A DNA stretch of 64,000 nt from Magallana gigas (lineage: Eukaryota), in assembly GCF_963853765.1 (NCBI RefSeq), contig NC_088853.1:28458001-28522000 (forward strand). The letters run 5' to 3'. The notes below the pieces were generated by a model. The model saw only the letters and a program-made list of their open reading frames with translations. It searched no databases and was not told the origin of the DNA. The translations under genes and the position numbers were made by a program. Position 1 is the stretch's first letter. Every line of letters starts with the position of its first letter. Shown here piece after piece: positions 10,801 through 24,330 of this stretch.

Positions 10801-13518
10801 GCATTTTTAGCATAAAACAGCTTGTTTGTTTGCAGTTTTTCTTTCAGAAAACATAGAGCGCATGCTTGATCAAACAAAATATTTTAATCAGAGATGTATC
10901 TAGCCAAGGCTAATAAGTGACAAAATATTTCCTTGTTTGAGAATGCGATCTATATTTCCCATTCATAAAAAGGTAAGAAAAATGTCAATTTTTGGCTGAA
11001 TTTGATTGAATTATAGAAATAGAGTCATTTCTGACATCATATACTGCCAGAGAGTGCAAATAAATAAAAAAATAGGTGAAAAATATATTTAACATCAACT
11101 CTTAATATAACATAACATTTTGTTGTACCAGAAACACTTAAAAATGGCTAATTATGGGGGCCAAATATAACTCTTATCATATATAGTTCTTTGTATGCTA
11201 TGCTATAAAAAATTGAAATAAAGAGTTTAATGATATGGTATGAAATGCTATGCTATGGTATGCTATGAGATTTGAGAAAACACGCCCTCCATACAGTGTA
11301 CACAGACAAGTCCCGACTATTTCGAAGTAAAATGAGTTTACTACTAGTCTGCAATGTACGCATATACATTTTTCAAATGTATATGCTTTCAAATAAAAAC
11401 ATATAAAACCAAGTTTAAATCATGTTGTTTTCTATGCTATTGTATGATATTAAGAATGAGAATCTATGAGAGTTTATGCTGGTGTATAAGATTCCAATGC
11501 TATGCTATGAGAATCCATTTCTATGCTATGAGATTCCATTGCTATGCTATGAGATTCCAATCCTATGCTATGAAATTCCATTACTATGCTATGAGATTCC
11601 AATGCTATACTGTGTTTTGGGGTATGTTGTCAAAGATATGCTTATACTGACACTTGTTTACATTCTGTTTATTGAATGGCTTATTAACTAAAATAACCTT
11701 ACAATAGATCAAAAGCACGTGATTGCACAATTATTGCATGTAATATATAATTTATATATAATGCTTTGCTCTATTACAGAAATTGCCGAGTTCAAAAAGA
11801 TGCCGCGGACATTGCTGTCTGAAATACAAAAGCCTTGCCTTACGCTTCGGCTTTTTATGATCATTTCTTCACCTCCGTGATTTTTCTGCAACATTCACAG
11901 AAAGTCGAACTTTATTTTGAATAATACAATATTGCCCCATTCAAGTATCCAGTAGTCCTCCTTAAGCATTAATAACAAAATGTTTAATATTTTAGGAGAT
12001 TCTGTGTGGAAGTAAAGAAAACCGAATCAATCGTAAATCATTAAATTGTTGGTTCTCAGTCTCATTCAAACTTACCACAAATTCCGTTGTTTACGTCACA
12101 AGTCTTACATTCTGAGCACGGTTTACAATCATCGCCATATTCCCCAGTTTCGCATCCTAATTCAGAAAATACAGCTTTAAACTTATAAATATTTTTTTCT
12201 TAAATACCGATCAGTTTACCTTTTGACTACATCCCTAGAGCATAGTGTTCCACACTATTTGATACCATTGGTTGATTCATTGAGTTTTTTTTTTAATTTT
12301 GTAGTTTACTACCATTCTACCATTGGCTATCTACCAGACTTCATGGACAATTTTGAAGGGTTTATTTAAAATGGAAAGTCATATACATAAATTTGTATAA
12401 TAAATTTTTATACATGTAAGATTGAAGTTGAATTTTTAAAAAAATTAAAATTAAATGATAGTACATAAACTTTGCAAACATTATCTTATCAAATACAAGA
12501 AATGACTACGATAAACTCTATTTCACATACTTCTAACATGGCCCCCGCTACTTTTACATGTGGTTTCAGATCATTCTTAGGTCATTGATTATCAATTTTC
12601 AAATTTGTATTACCATACACCTCTATTTCACAGATTTCTAGGATAGCCCCCGTAGTAGGATTATCTTCAGGAGCGTCATAAGTGGTCTCCACAATGACGT
12701 ATTGAGCTGTGTGTTTACACGGGATGTCTATTATATGTGGAAGTACATCAGGATGTGTTGTGTTGTCCGTGTAACAGCGGGTTCTATGTGCTGTAGTTGT
12801 TTGCGATGCCGGAAGATCTGATACATCCAAATAAAACTGTCTGAACCTATAGGGCTGCCACTCATTATTTCCTAGTCCTGAAATTATATAGTATGAAAGT
12901 AAAACAAAACATATAAAATGTTGATGGAATAATGTATTGAACTGAAAAATCAGTTATTTTACAATGCAATCATCTTATGAAATTGTTAATCAGCTGGACA
13001 AAGAGTGTAATTTTTTTTTAAAAATCGCTAAAAATCCCTAAAATCCCTAAAAAACATTATGTTACTGCTATTATTATTAAAGTAGTTTGGAATTTCGTAA
13101 TTATTAAAAAAAAAAAAGGTATTAATTATATTGTAAAAATATTGGAGAGGGTGTGTTCTTACCGTCCTTCCTGTAATACAGTGTGACGTTACTTATGCTG
13201 TAAGATTTTCCAAGATCAACCTGGAACCAAGCGACTGTTTGATTTACATCAGTATGTGCACAATAACGATATTTTGTCTGTAAATCACCGTCTAATGCCA
13301 AAGTTTCCTGCTGATTTCCATAGGTTGAACTCTGTAATACGGTCGTTGAATTTCTTCTACAGAGATTCTCTGTAAGTTAACGTAACTGAATATCATGTTG
13401 ATTTAACCATTTTATCACAAGAACCTTTGATACTGACTTCTAATTTTTACATACCAAAACAATGACAATACTCCAAGAGAAATAATGTTGATATTCCTAC
13501 TGATACCTGTATCTTCAT
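7888..13518 (-). CDS. Gene B: type I membrane receptor, signal peptide + F-type lectin domain + multiple EGF-like repeats + TM + ~83-aa cytoplasmic tail (MEGF/SCARF-like), 568 aa
   Basis: Nine GT-AG exons in continuous frame: 13518-13455 (MKIQVSVGISTLFLLEYCHCF), 13369-13163, 12877-12614 (FTL), 12156-12076, 10189-9800, 9454-9236, 8741-8604 (Cys-rich EGF), 8476-8380 (TM YVVIGTLGLSLLLNMFFIL), 8134-7888 (tail, TAA). Total 1707 nt, no internal stop. Confidence 0.9.
10510..11650. mobile_element. Unclassified interspersed repeat with CTATG-rich ~21-nt tandem units (GCTATGAGATTCCAATGCTAT-like), in intron 4 of gene B
   Basis: Tandem units at ~11480-11610, CTATG-rich flanks at 10555-10620 and 11190-11275; second copy at 57008-57995; boundaries approximate. 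Confidence 0.55.
10626..11183. mobile_element. MITE-like element (~558 bp) nested in the CTATG repeat
   Basis: Terminal TATATGATA / TATCATATA inverted ends with TA on both flanks (10624-25, 11184-85); interrupts the CTATG-rich sequence. Confidence 0.5.
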
Positions 13519-16500
13519 TTTGATATATATATTTTTTTAATATTTCGACATAAAAGTGTACCTTAAATGTCACCTGTCCAGGAAATTGAGTTTCTTTTAG
13601 CATAAAGCCTTATGAACACACATAATGGTAAGCGGGAAATATTTAAGTAATCAGTATAATTGATGCAATTACATGGATATACTTGTATTTTGAACCGGAA
13701 ACTGAATAACATAAACATTAACGCAAAACAGGACAATTTTAATTTCTGTTTACAATTGTTTGATACAATAGTTTATAGTAAAATATTTCTGAATTGCGAT
13801 CTACTATATTATGTTTTATGCACTAAGAAACCGAAACTAAAACTATCTTGTCAACGAAAAACTTCACATTCAATTTTTCTACGTACATCATTCGCTGGAT
13901 TGATTGACACTGTTTTTTATCAGTTATATTTATTTATTCATTGATAAAAACAAGGATAAAATATTAATCCTCCTCGAAATGAGAAAAAAAAACTAATATG
14001 TTTAATTTTTGCGTACGCTTACATTGTGTAAATGCAATATATTATACAAAATAAGCATCAATGTATGGCAAGTAGTATTTACGATTAATATATTACAATA
14101 TTGTTACATTTATTTGATATTTCTGCTCTTTGAGTTGCGATCATTATATTGCATCTAGAAGATAACAAATACAGAACTTTCATCAATATTTGTGGAACAT
14201 CAATTTTCATGGAGTATTTTTAAAAGTTTTTCCTCGAAAACAAAATGTAAATTAAAGTGTAGTATCTGATAAGATATCGTATAAATAATTGCATTGATAA
14301 CAATTTTACGCATCCTTAAAACTGTGAATTTGAAAGCCTAAAAATGAAGAAAAAATGACAAAAATCAAGACCAAAGCATTGTTTTTTTTTCTGGCATAAA
14401 CATTTTTTTCAAAACATTGTTGACATTTGAAAATACGAGTTACGACATTTAAAACATGATTTAAAGCTCTAATGATATTTATTTTAATGAGAGGAAGGTT
14501 AAACTTAAAAATAACATCATTTATTTTTTGTAAATTTACGTATCTTGACGTCGGAGACTGGCAATAGTCACATTCAATAGTGAGAACTGAAGGATAGACT
14601 GGCTATTCTATTAACTTATAACAATCAACGTTGTATACATCTATAAGATAAAATATATCGTCATTTTTATTCAAAATTTATTAAATATTTATTCAATATT
14701 TATTCAATATTCAATATCTATTCATGTCTGTGTTTTGGTTCATCATTTCAATATCAAACAAAGCAGAAACATTCAGAGGAAAGACGTGACAAAGAAGCAA
14801 GTTCTAGCGATTTCTCACATTTTATGAACGGATATGTTGTATTGAGAAGCGTGTTTTTATCGAAGCTAGAAAACAATTAGCGCTACATAGTGTATTTGGA
14901 TCATTGATAAAACAAAGTTAACATTACCTTTTGAAGAGACAAAACACTCTTTTTGTTATGCATTATGTAAAGAGGTAAACTAGAATTAATCTGTATCCTT
15001 CATTTTTTTTTTAAATCTCTGATTTTCAGGGGGTATTTAATTTGTTTGGATGAGGACAGTAAAAAAATGCATCACCTGATTTAGAGACGAAGACCTAATT
15101 TGTTTGACAAAACCAATGTCTCCAGTTGAAAATAAGTTAGATTCAAAATCCTATGGCCTGCGCCAAAGTTATATTGTTGCCGATACGATGATTGATTAAA
15201 ATAGCATTCACCATGATTCGAATGTTTCTTCTCTATTATGATTCCATTGCACTTTGGATTCCTGCATAAATCTTACGCTTAATGGTTTGCGTCTAAGCCC
15301 GAATGTATAGACCGCCAAAGTCTAAAGTCGCTAAAATATGATAGTATGACACGCCAAAGTCCAATGGAATAATTCGCAAGAGTCCTATCGTTCAAATTAG
15401 ACAAAAAAAAATGATCTCCTCATATATCATTTTCACAATCAAATTGCGTAAGCAAAAGTGAAATTGTCCATCTGGTTTGATTGCATAGACTTGATTATCA
15501 TTGACATGCCTCTCTTTTACACCCCATGGCGTGTAGAACGTATTTTTAATATGTGCCTTTTAAGCGTGTGTGCTTATAATTGAAAAGTTAATACACCATT
15601 CAGCATCACTCTGTTTTACTCATTTTAATTTTACCGTATCTTATATATAAACATGTTTACAGATATTAGCAAAACCGTATCAAATTTGTTGTATTTGCAT
15701 CATCAAGACAATACTTAAAGAACAAACTATTCAATAGATATTAAAGAATATTGCTTTCAACTGGCTGTTCTGAAGAAAATAAAGCATGGGATTCATTTAC
15801 AGCCTTTTTATCGTTCTTTCGTTTTCTAACTTTTTAAGATTTGAAATCTACATAAATTGTTAGGTCGTACGTAAAAACATTAGAAAAGTATCCCCCTTGT
15901 GCCAAACAATATTTTAACCAATAAAATAAATGTTAATTTTCACATAATGTTTTTTCTATTAAACACAAAGGAGAGGAATGGCACAACCCAGATACTGTTA
16001 ATTATTTCAACTCTTTACACCGTGTTCCAAGGAAGACGGTAATGAGTTTATGAATATAAATTGACATTAATTACAGCACATTTTGTCGCAACGCATATTT
16101 TAAACAGACTGATCTTTTTTTTTTGTTCTCGTAAAGACCTTACCCTACTGTCACTGTAAAGTTTTGACTAGCATACCAATGTCCATTAGGAATTTTTTTA
16201 AATAATAGCAGCGTTGTCGGCAATTAGCTGCCTTGACGTGATCCTATAAACGAATTCTAACAACATCCGTCTTTTGCGTAATATTTGATCGAACTTTAAT
16301 ACTGCAGATCATCGGACTTTTGTCTGAGCATACGACTTTGGGTCTTACAAAAATAACTAAAAAAATTACATTTAATAATTTTAGGTTTTAAACCTAATTC
16401 AGACAAACCTGCTTTTCAGACCATTAACAATGACTTTCTGTCTACCTGTTATCACACGATTCATATTAATAATTTGAACAATAAATATAGCACGGTTGAT

Positions 16501-17395
16501 ATTACAAAAACCAAGTGTGTGCTTTTTGCAATTATATGTAGGATCTATTATGATTCGCAGTGGTATGTGGTTTTTATTTAGCTCGTTGTGTGTTTTCTAT
16601 TCCCGGGCGTTGGCAAGGGAATACAAACAGTAAATATCAGTAATTATCAGAACTCACAGCGAACACATTTTTAATCAGCATCAGTAAATATCATAGCCAA
16701 CAGCAATTAATAACAACAGTAAAAATATTGTCAGCAATAACAGCACAATATTAATACATTTCAAAAATTTTAAGTAAGAATTGGCATTTTCAGTACTTTA
16801 TAGAGTCAGAAGTGAAAGCGCATTGCAACATCAACCAAATTTAAGAATTAATTTTTTATATCACCATAAACTATAAAAATAATAATGCAAGTCCGTACGA
16901 CACATATTCACGTGTTTCATTTCAGTCGCTGAAAAAGATGCACTCATTTTGGATACCTCGTATATTCTGTCAAAATCAAACGTAATTCATTTCTCAGACT
17001 GGCTGTACGTTGAAAACGACTGGTCTGAGCTTAAGTTTCTTTCTGAAAAAAAAAAAAGAATTGAATGGAAACATTGAATCAACTAAGAGCATTCAGATGT
17101 TTAAAATGCGTAAGGATCATATTTAGAATAAGAAACCGTCAATAAATTTAATCTGTAAAATGTGTTTAAATAGTATCATAAGTTAGATGGATATTAAGAT
17201 GGATATCTTTTGTTGAAATTGATATGCAATATGTGCATGTAAGTCTGTAACATAGAATACCTTGGAAATCTGGAGATCAAAAGTAGGATTAAACTTGCGA
17301 CTATGCTTTTAAGTTTAAATTTGAACAAAAACATCGCCAACAGCAGAAAAATAACGCACAAAATCAATCGATGGATAGAGCGGTATGTTATTCAA
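10676..17395. repeat. Segmental duplication, copy 1 (5' part of gene B plus ~3.9 kb upstream); copy 2 at 57008-64000
   Basis: Colinear near-identity throughout (e.g. TCTAATTCT..TTTCCTTGTACAGATAT at 10676 and 57008; AATCGATGGA at ~17380 and ~63970); roughly 93-96% identity by eye with small indels. Confidence 0.92.
13569..13838 (-). promoter_or_regulatory. Putative promoter of gene B with ISRE (GAAACCGAAACT 13827-13838), ETS core (CCGGAA 13695-13700) and GTCACCTGT-CAGGAAAT motif
   Basis: Motifs conserved in order and spacing upstream of genes B, C and E although the surrounding B/C sequence is diverged. Confidence 0.55.
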
Positions 17396-18773
17396 CACGT
17401 TTAGTTGTGGCAAACATATAATGCTAATTGTAAATTCTATGGAGAGACATTCTCTAAAAATCTTTTTTAATTAAAAATTGGCGATAAATAAAGAATAATA
17501 AAAAAGTCGAAATCTCCTAAAAACCACAATTTGATCAAAGGTTGTGTTACTCTAATACATATTTTTTTTACACACACTTTTCCCATATTGAATTTTCTCA
17601 CAACATATAAATCATATTATATCAACCATAAATGTTGAAGAAAAATATCTTTATATCTTACAGAAATTTTTATCTTGATGACATAAAGAAATTGCAAGCA
17701 AAAAACCCCACAAAAACACAAAAATCAAACAAAAGAACAGCCTTTAAAACTATGTTACAAGTTTTTATTTGGGTAATAATCTTGATGTCATCACACTCTA
17801 AAAGGAGGCCGTAATGTTCAAGGATAATATTTTGTATATTTTGTACAGCCGGTGTATGGAGTAAACGTTGACTCCATATAACTGCCTTTAACCGATAATT
17901 GTCTTAAAACTTAACCGGAAATAGCATGGTAAGTTACAGCGTTAATTTAAAGTTTAAAATTCAACAACAGCAAACCAGTTTCAAATCTTGACATAGACTT
18001 TTCGTAAAGGAGAAACATTTAATTAATAACTCTTGATTTAGTTTCGATAAAGAAACATCCCACTCACATCACTTGAATACATGTTTACTATCATTATTTA
18101 TTAGGTTTGTTATTGACTGACTGTAGGAAATATCGGGTTGACGAAGCTCATAGACTGTTATCAATTAACCTTATATATTTTTGTATTCAGTTAGTAACAA
18201 ACCTAATATATGTTTTGTTTTTCCGCGGACTATCAAATGAGACATGTATTAACAAAAAGTGATGATCGTCGCATTTCTGTGTAAAAGTGGCCTTACACCT
18301 CGTCCAGTGTTACACAATCAAACTCTTCATAATAAATGTTCTCACCTTTCAAATACTCTTTGAAAATGTTTGCTGCACACTAGTTTACAAACAATGCCTT
18401 GTTGCTTTTCAATTTTAAACGTTTTCTTCCTTTCCTCTGCAGATATTTGAGCAAATATTGACGCTGCTATTTTATTCTGCTCCAGATTTAACAATGTGAC
18501 GTCAATTTATGCAAACTACTCTAATATAAAAGTTCTTCCAATGGACAGGTAATCAAAATATGTTAAGAACTTACAGAACATGATTATTATAAATAATATG
18601 AAATGTCGAGATGTGTTGGGGAAGCGTCGACCAATGACAGCTATAATGCCGACTATTAATTCTAATCGAACGCAATTGAGATATATCCTGCAGTCACATG
18701 TTATGTAAACTAATGTGATCGTGACATTTTAGTTCAAGGAAAAACAATATCAACTACAATCAGACATCCTTAC

Positions 18774-19727
18774 CAATTGATTCCTTTTGTGGCAGTAGGT
18801 ACCTGTAGATACAAATATTACGTTGGCCTTTAGATCCAACCCAAAGAAGATTCGTCTTAACATCGTAGCCCAGGCAGTATGGACTTACATGTACTTCATA
18901 TATTGACGATGTTCGTGTTCGTAAATTTGACAAAAACTGTCCATCTGTACTAATGATTTGTATTGTGTTTTTGTACTCATCACACACCAGGATATGTGAC
19001 AATGCATCAGTGCAGATTCCGCGTGGCCATAGCTCAGATCCTGGGGAATGTCCTGTGTAGGTGAAACGATGTGTTCCTTCTCGTTCTGTCACTACCACAG
19101 CACCACATTCATCAACAGAGTCATAATCACATACTATTATATCCCCATTGTTGTTTTCAGCTATATAACGAGGGCAACTAAAAAGTTCCTCACCTGTGTT
19201 GTCTTGATGTATAATTTGTGTTTCTTCTCCTTTTTGGTTATATCGAATAACCTTGCCTGTCTTTGTATTACAATCCAGTATCCCGGCCAGAAGATCCCCA
19301 GTAATAGGGGACCAGTATATACACATCGTACTCAATGTAAAGTCTGTTGACTCTATAAAAGTGTTGGTTGTTTCCATATCGTTTGACAATACCATGATAT
19401 TGTCTTTTTCATCTATATAAATTAATTCATTATTACTGTTTATTGTATGTTCTCCTTGGCGATGGTTTAGAAAACCCCATCTTTTCAATGCATGGCCTGT
19501 CTTGTTTGTCAAGATGAGGTAGTATCCGTCACTTATCCATGCAATATTTGATGTCACGCAGGTTATATGATTGCAAAATGCAAGACTTCTCATAGTGATC
19601 AATTCAACTAACTCAGGGTCAGACATCAGTAACAGACGATTGTTATGAGATTGAGATGGTTTTTCGTTTTCCGTGGAATGGATCTCTTTAAGTGACTGTT
19701 TCTTCTGAACATTGTGCTTGTTTTCAT
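18774..19727 (-). CDS. Large internal exon (954 bp, phase 1-1) encoding a linker plus an NHL-like/beta-propeller domain; probably the second coding exon of the B-box gene at 20721-22350
   Basis: ORF 18760..19626 extends in frame upstream to a TTTTTAG acceptor (19728-29) and ends at G|GTAAG (donor 18772-73). Motifs PRYIAENNNGDIIVCD, PRGICTDALSHILVCD and CIYRY parallel the 20721-21900 propeller. Confidence 0.8.
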
Positions 19728-20569
19728 CTAAAAATATATTGATTTAAAATTTGAATATGTTGTGTGTTTTTTTTAAAGGTACTGAATGTGTTTATGTTCC
19801 GGAATAAAATAATAAGGATTTGTCAAGTTATTAGATCGTTTAGATTTGCTTTTTTTTGGGGGGGGGGGGGGGGGGGGCAACACTGGATTTATATCGGTGT
19901 TCAAAAGATATACCGAAAATAAGATCTATTGCATGATTTATAAAAATACATTAGGGCATCAAAGTACATTTCTTTCACAACTTATCACTAGTAATTGTAT
20001 TTTTTTAAAATGTCTTAAATGTGAAAAAAAAATTGTTTCTCAATGCGCTAAATTTTCAAATTACAAACATATGTCATTGGTCTTCTCCATTATAAACAAT
20101 TGCGTTTATTTGGCGTGAGCTTATTTCGTATGACGTTTCATAACCCTTACTTACTTGACTAATTAATTAACTTAACTGAAAAACTTTGTCACATATATGT
20201 TAAAAAGTTATAATTCTAATCAATGTTTTGACAGGCATATGACTATATTGTATAAAAGTCCAACCATAATTGTTTTGTTTATTAAAAAACAACAAATGGC
20301 TGCAAACAAAGATGAATTTCCGCTTCAAATTTGATGTAGATGTTATATAATTCATCGTATAAGAAGGGATTGTAGTTACCCTTTTAGCCAGACATTTCCA
20401 ATGAACAACCAAAATTTTAGCGTCAATCGTAGAATTATAAGTAAGAGAGCTTGGTTTAAACCATATTTTTTCACATGAGTTAATGACATTCAACTTAAGA
20501 TTTTTTCCGAGGTTTTCTCCGCGTTGAATAAAGATCGGTCTTTCATTATTGCTATTTATATTAATCTTA

Positions 20570-20701
20570 CTACAAGGATGCTTTTGGTTGAAATTCACCA
20601 TGTTGTTTTAGAGAAGAAGTTAGAATGTGAAAGTTTATAGAAGGACGGACAAAATGTGATCAGATAAGCTCACTTGAGCTTTTAGCTAAGGTGAGCTAAA
20701 A
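20570..20701 (-). mobile_element. Helentron/HINE-type (Helitron-N2-like) terminal fragment
   Basis: Minus strand begins TTTTAGCTCACCTTAGCTAAAAGCTCAAGTGAGCTTATCTGATC followed by a GTCC microsatellite remnant, the head I recall for oyster non-autonomous Helentrons. Confidence 0.55.
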
Positions 20702-20720
20702 CGTGAAAATGTATACTTAC

Positions 20721-22350
20721 CGAAAAGGCCGGATTCTCGTGTAATGTACCTGTAGACACACACTTTAGAATTCCATAAGGAACCAACTAAGATACGATTA
20801 GTGAATGCATCATAGCACAGACTGACTGGTGAGAATATCCCTGATGGTCTTATTAGTAGATATGACAGGAACTGACCGTCCATATCTAACATGTGTACTG
20901 TATTAGTGTGTCTATCACACACCAGTATGTGTGACAATGCGTCTGTGCAGATTCCTTGTGACCAAAGTGTTTTTGATAGATATCCGTTGTAAGAGAAACG
21001 ATGTGTTCCTTCACGATCTGTCACCACTATAGCACTATTTTCAGACACCACGACATCTCCATTATTATTCTCAGTTATATAACATGGATCAATAAAAAGA
21101 TCCTGACCTTTGTTATCATATTGTATAACTTGAATAAGTTCTCCTATTTTGTTGTATCGGGTTACATCGCTCTCTGTGATGGTGAATGGATGGATTCCAG
21201 TATTCACGACTAGTAGATCTCCAGTTAGCGGTGAACAGTAAACACAAATTGGTTTTAATGTAGAGTTTGTTGTCTCTACGAATTCGGTTTTTGTTTTTAA
21301 ATCCGTCGACAGTTTGTTGATGTTAGAATTCATATTGATATGAAACAAATTGCCTTCATTGTTCACTGTGTGGAATCCATAGCCAAAAAATGATTCACTG
21401 TTTAAATCATCGATATGATATAACATATTTCCCGTAGATATATTTGACAAAAAAGGATCATAATGATCGCTGACCCAAACCAGGTCTGATCTTACTAAGG
21501 ATATATGACAACAAATGTATTGTGACAAAGAAAACGATTTGTGTAACTTCGTAAAAGACATCAACTTCAAAAAGTTCTCTTCTTTTCTGTTACACTTTCC
21601 TCTGTCTGTTTTGTTGATGTTGTTGATACAGTCTATTGCATATCTTTTCCTGATTAACTCGGTCAGGAACATTTGATTAGTGTGTAGTTCAAGAAGTAAT
21701 CTGTGACACTTTGTTTTCTTTATATACAGGAGAAATTGCACGGGAATAGTTGCTGACCAATCAATTACATGTTCATAATTTTCAAGGAGGGCTAGATGTT
21801 TGTTCATTAACTTGATCTGTCTTGAACATCTGTGTTTGTAATCAGCGTTTTTCAACGCTCGATCAATTTCATTATTTAATTTAGAAGCCCTTGTTAACAT
21901 ATCTGAATGGGCGAAGGGAAAGTTTGTATGTCACTCTTTAATACGATCCTTCATCTGATTCAAGCGAAAACATCTGTTAATTAGAGTCTCACTTCTAATA
22001 ATGTCAACTATTTTTCGAACCTGGTGCAGCGTTGCCTCATATGCTGTTCTAACTTCTTGCAGTTTGTGTTTTCTATGTTCCGTGCAATGACAACAGACAG
22101 GGAGTTTACATAATTGGCAGTAACTTTCATAAGGTACATTATGGTGTTTTACACATGTTTCTACTATCGGATAGCAATTAACTGTCCTGAGGTAGGTAAC
22201 AATCTGGTGGTCAACAGTGTTAAGATCATACACATGGTTCTCTTTACAAGATGGACACAAATCATAGCTACACGATTCACAATAGTACTCCGTGTCCTCG
22301 GAACACTTATAACACTGATGTACTCTACATTGCGGATTGACTGTGTACAT
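20721..22350 (-). pseudogene. RING-less TRIM-like gene: two B-box zinc fingers + coiled coil + NHL-like beta-propeller, interrupted by one in-frame TGA at 21931-21933
   Basis: ORFs 21931..22350 (CYKC...C..C...C..CKENH; CVKHH...YC..C..PVC..C..H..H) and 20686..21900 are in the same frame, separated only by TGA plus 10 sense codons; exon ends at G|GTAAGT (donor 20719-20). Confidence 0.8.
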
Positions 22351-23907
22351 TTTCTGATGGTGTAGATCTCCAAAGCCGTCCTTTTAAAGCTGTCAAAACA
22401 TTTTAAGTAGGATTATTTATTTGATTAACAGAAATTAAACAATTAATATAGGTAGTACTAGTATATGTCACAATCCAAATATAACCACGGATGCTGTTAC
22501 GTTTAAAAGCAAAATGATTTAGATAAATTAATATTCTTTTTCTCAATATGTATTCGCAAACAAACATACACTGTAGGCATGAAGACTACTATCTTAATTT
22601 AGTTATCAAAAATCAATACTTTTAAACTGGTACAAATGTAATATAGCAAGTCTTACGTAAAAACTAACATTCGAGTTTTTGGGTCAAATATTTGAGCATT
22701 TATCATACACCAAATTAAATTAAAACTGTTCTACTTTTCTTAGTCAGTTTGAGAAAAAAACGTACCTCACCATTGTATTTCAGTTATGTCCAAGTTCATA
22801 AGTTACGATAATAAGTAGAGTATGTGTCTGTAATATCATTATCCAGGTCGTTTTTGATCATTAGAGACTAAATATTTTTTTTCTTATAGTTTTAATTGCT
22901 TACTTTCTCTCCTGACAAATTGGTTTCCAGAAATAAAAAAAGAAATCAAAACACTGCGTCAAATTTATTTTCTTTTCATATGATTATTATTTAATGTAAT
23001 AACAAGGTGGTAATTTTCTTATATTGTATGATATTGATACGTTCAGATTGTAATTAATTAGAGTTTAATCATTTATAAATAGTGCGTAGCTCTAGTTAAA
23101 TCTAACCTGATGTTAATTATTGTTTTAACAAAATCAAACAATTATTATTTTTAAATTGATATTGAAAATTAGAGAGGTCATTTGTGACAATAAAACTTCT
23201 AAATTCATCTAACTAGAATATTCAACTCACTAGAAATGAAAATATATGCTCCTAGAACTGCAATTTGAGGAATATCTTAACGACGGAATTTCTAAGGATT
23301 TGAGATCAAATTATATATGTATTTATCTTTAAAAACCGACATGAACAAAGAGCAAATCTTCTTACGTTGTTGGTAACGGAAAGAAGACGGTAACAATAAG
23401 AAACAAAAGAAACAAGTTAATATTCATGCAGTGGCAAAACGTAACACTTAACAAAAATGTCTTACCCTTTAAAGCATTATCATGCGCGTTTTCAATATCA
23501 CTAAAACAGACCTGGAAGTTACATGATATATAAGCAACCACATGTGGATACGCCCTACACAAATGAAACGACAGCATGTCGTTCAATAACCAGAGACAAA
23601 ATCAATAATGTCAGACACGTTATGTAAACATCTAAAATTTGTTTTAGTGTTCATACAGCTAAATCAAATGTTCAGATCGCTTTACCATTGACATGTTCCA
23701 TGGGTTTGATATAAGATTTACCTATACATCAATATATCTTTTATAATTAAACTTAAGATTTGTATAAATACAAGCGCCAAAAGTAACGTTTATAAAATAT
23801 CTCTTTTTTGAAGCCATAATTAAATATAGGTGCAGTTTAAGCTAAGTGTTTCGATCGGAAAGCAACCGACAGCAATTTCTTGTATATATATTCCCTAGTG
23901 GCAGTTG

Positions 23908-24330
23908 AAGCTAAGCACCGCTCGTAAATAGGCACTGTTACCCAGGTACCTGGTACATGTATATAAACCCATCGATTTCGTTACATTTAATTGCACAACT
24001 GATACTTGTGGCCGATGTGTAGTATTTCGTTCGTGGTAATTTGACTTTATGCATTTATTCCTTATCTTATGTGCAATACTGATTGTAAATTATGCATTAT
24101 CTCGTTTATTTGATGTTTGTATTATTCTGGTAAAAATAGCGTAAAACTTGATAATGTCACTGCAACCAAATAACACGGCCAGACAAAATGTAAGTGCACA
24201 CAGGTGATGCCTCTACAACGAAATACTTTAAACTGATAAGAGGTCTGCCGCTTATAGAGGGGTTGTAGGGAAAGCAGTGATGAAAGAGAAATATCGCGGG
24301 CAGTGGCTATTTACGAGCGGTGTTCAGCTT
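23908..24330. mobile_element. MITE-like element with ~30-bp TIRs
   Basis: AAGCTAAGCACCGCTCGTAAATAGGCACTG (23908-23937) vs CAGTGGCTATTTACGAGCGGTGTTCAGCTT (24301-24330), 3 mismatches; no clear TSD. Confidence 0.55.

Noticed and set aside
11354-11691. Plus-strand ORFs with CYAMRFH / LLCYEIP repeats (also 57612-58003)
   Set aside because: Translations of the CTATG tandem repeat in two frames; intronic and antisense to gene B/E
19048-22373. Short antisense or off-frame ORFs over the B-box/NHL gene (19048.., 21001.., 22114.., 22164..)
   Set aside because: Shadow ORFs of the real minus-strand CDS
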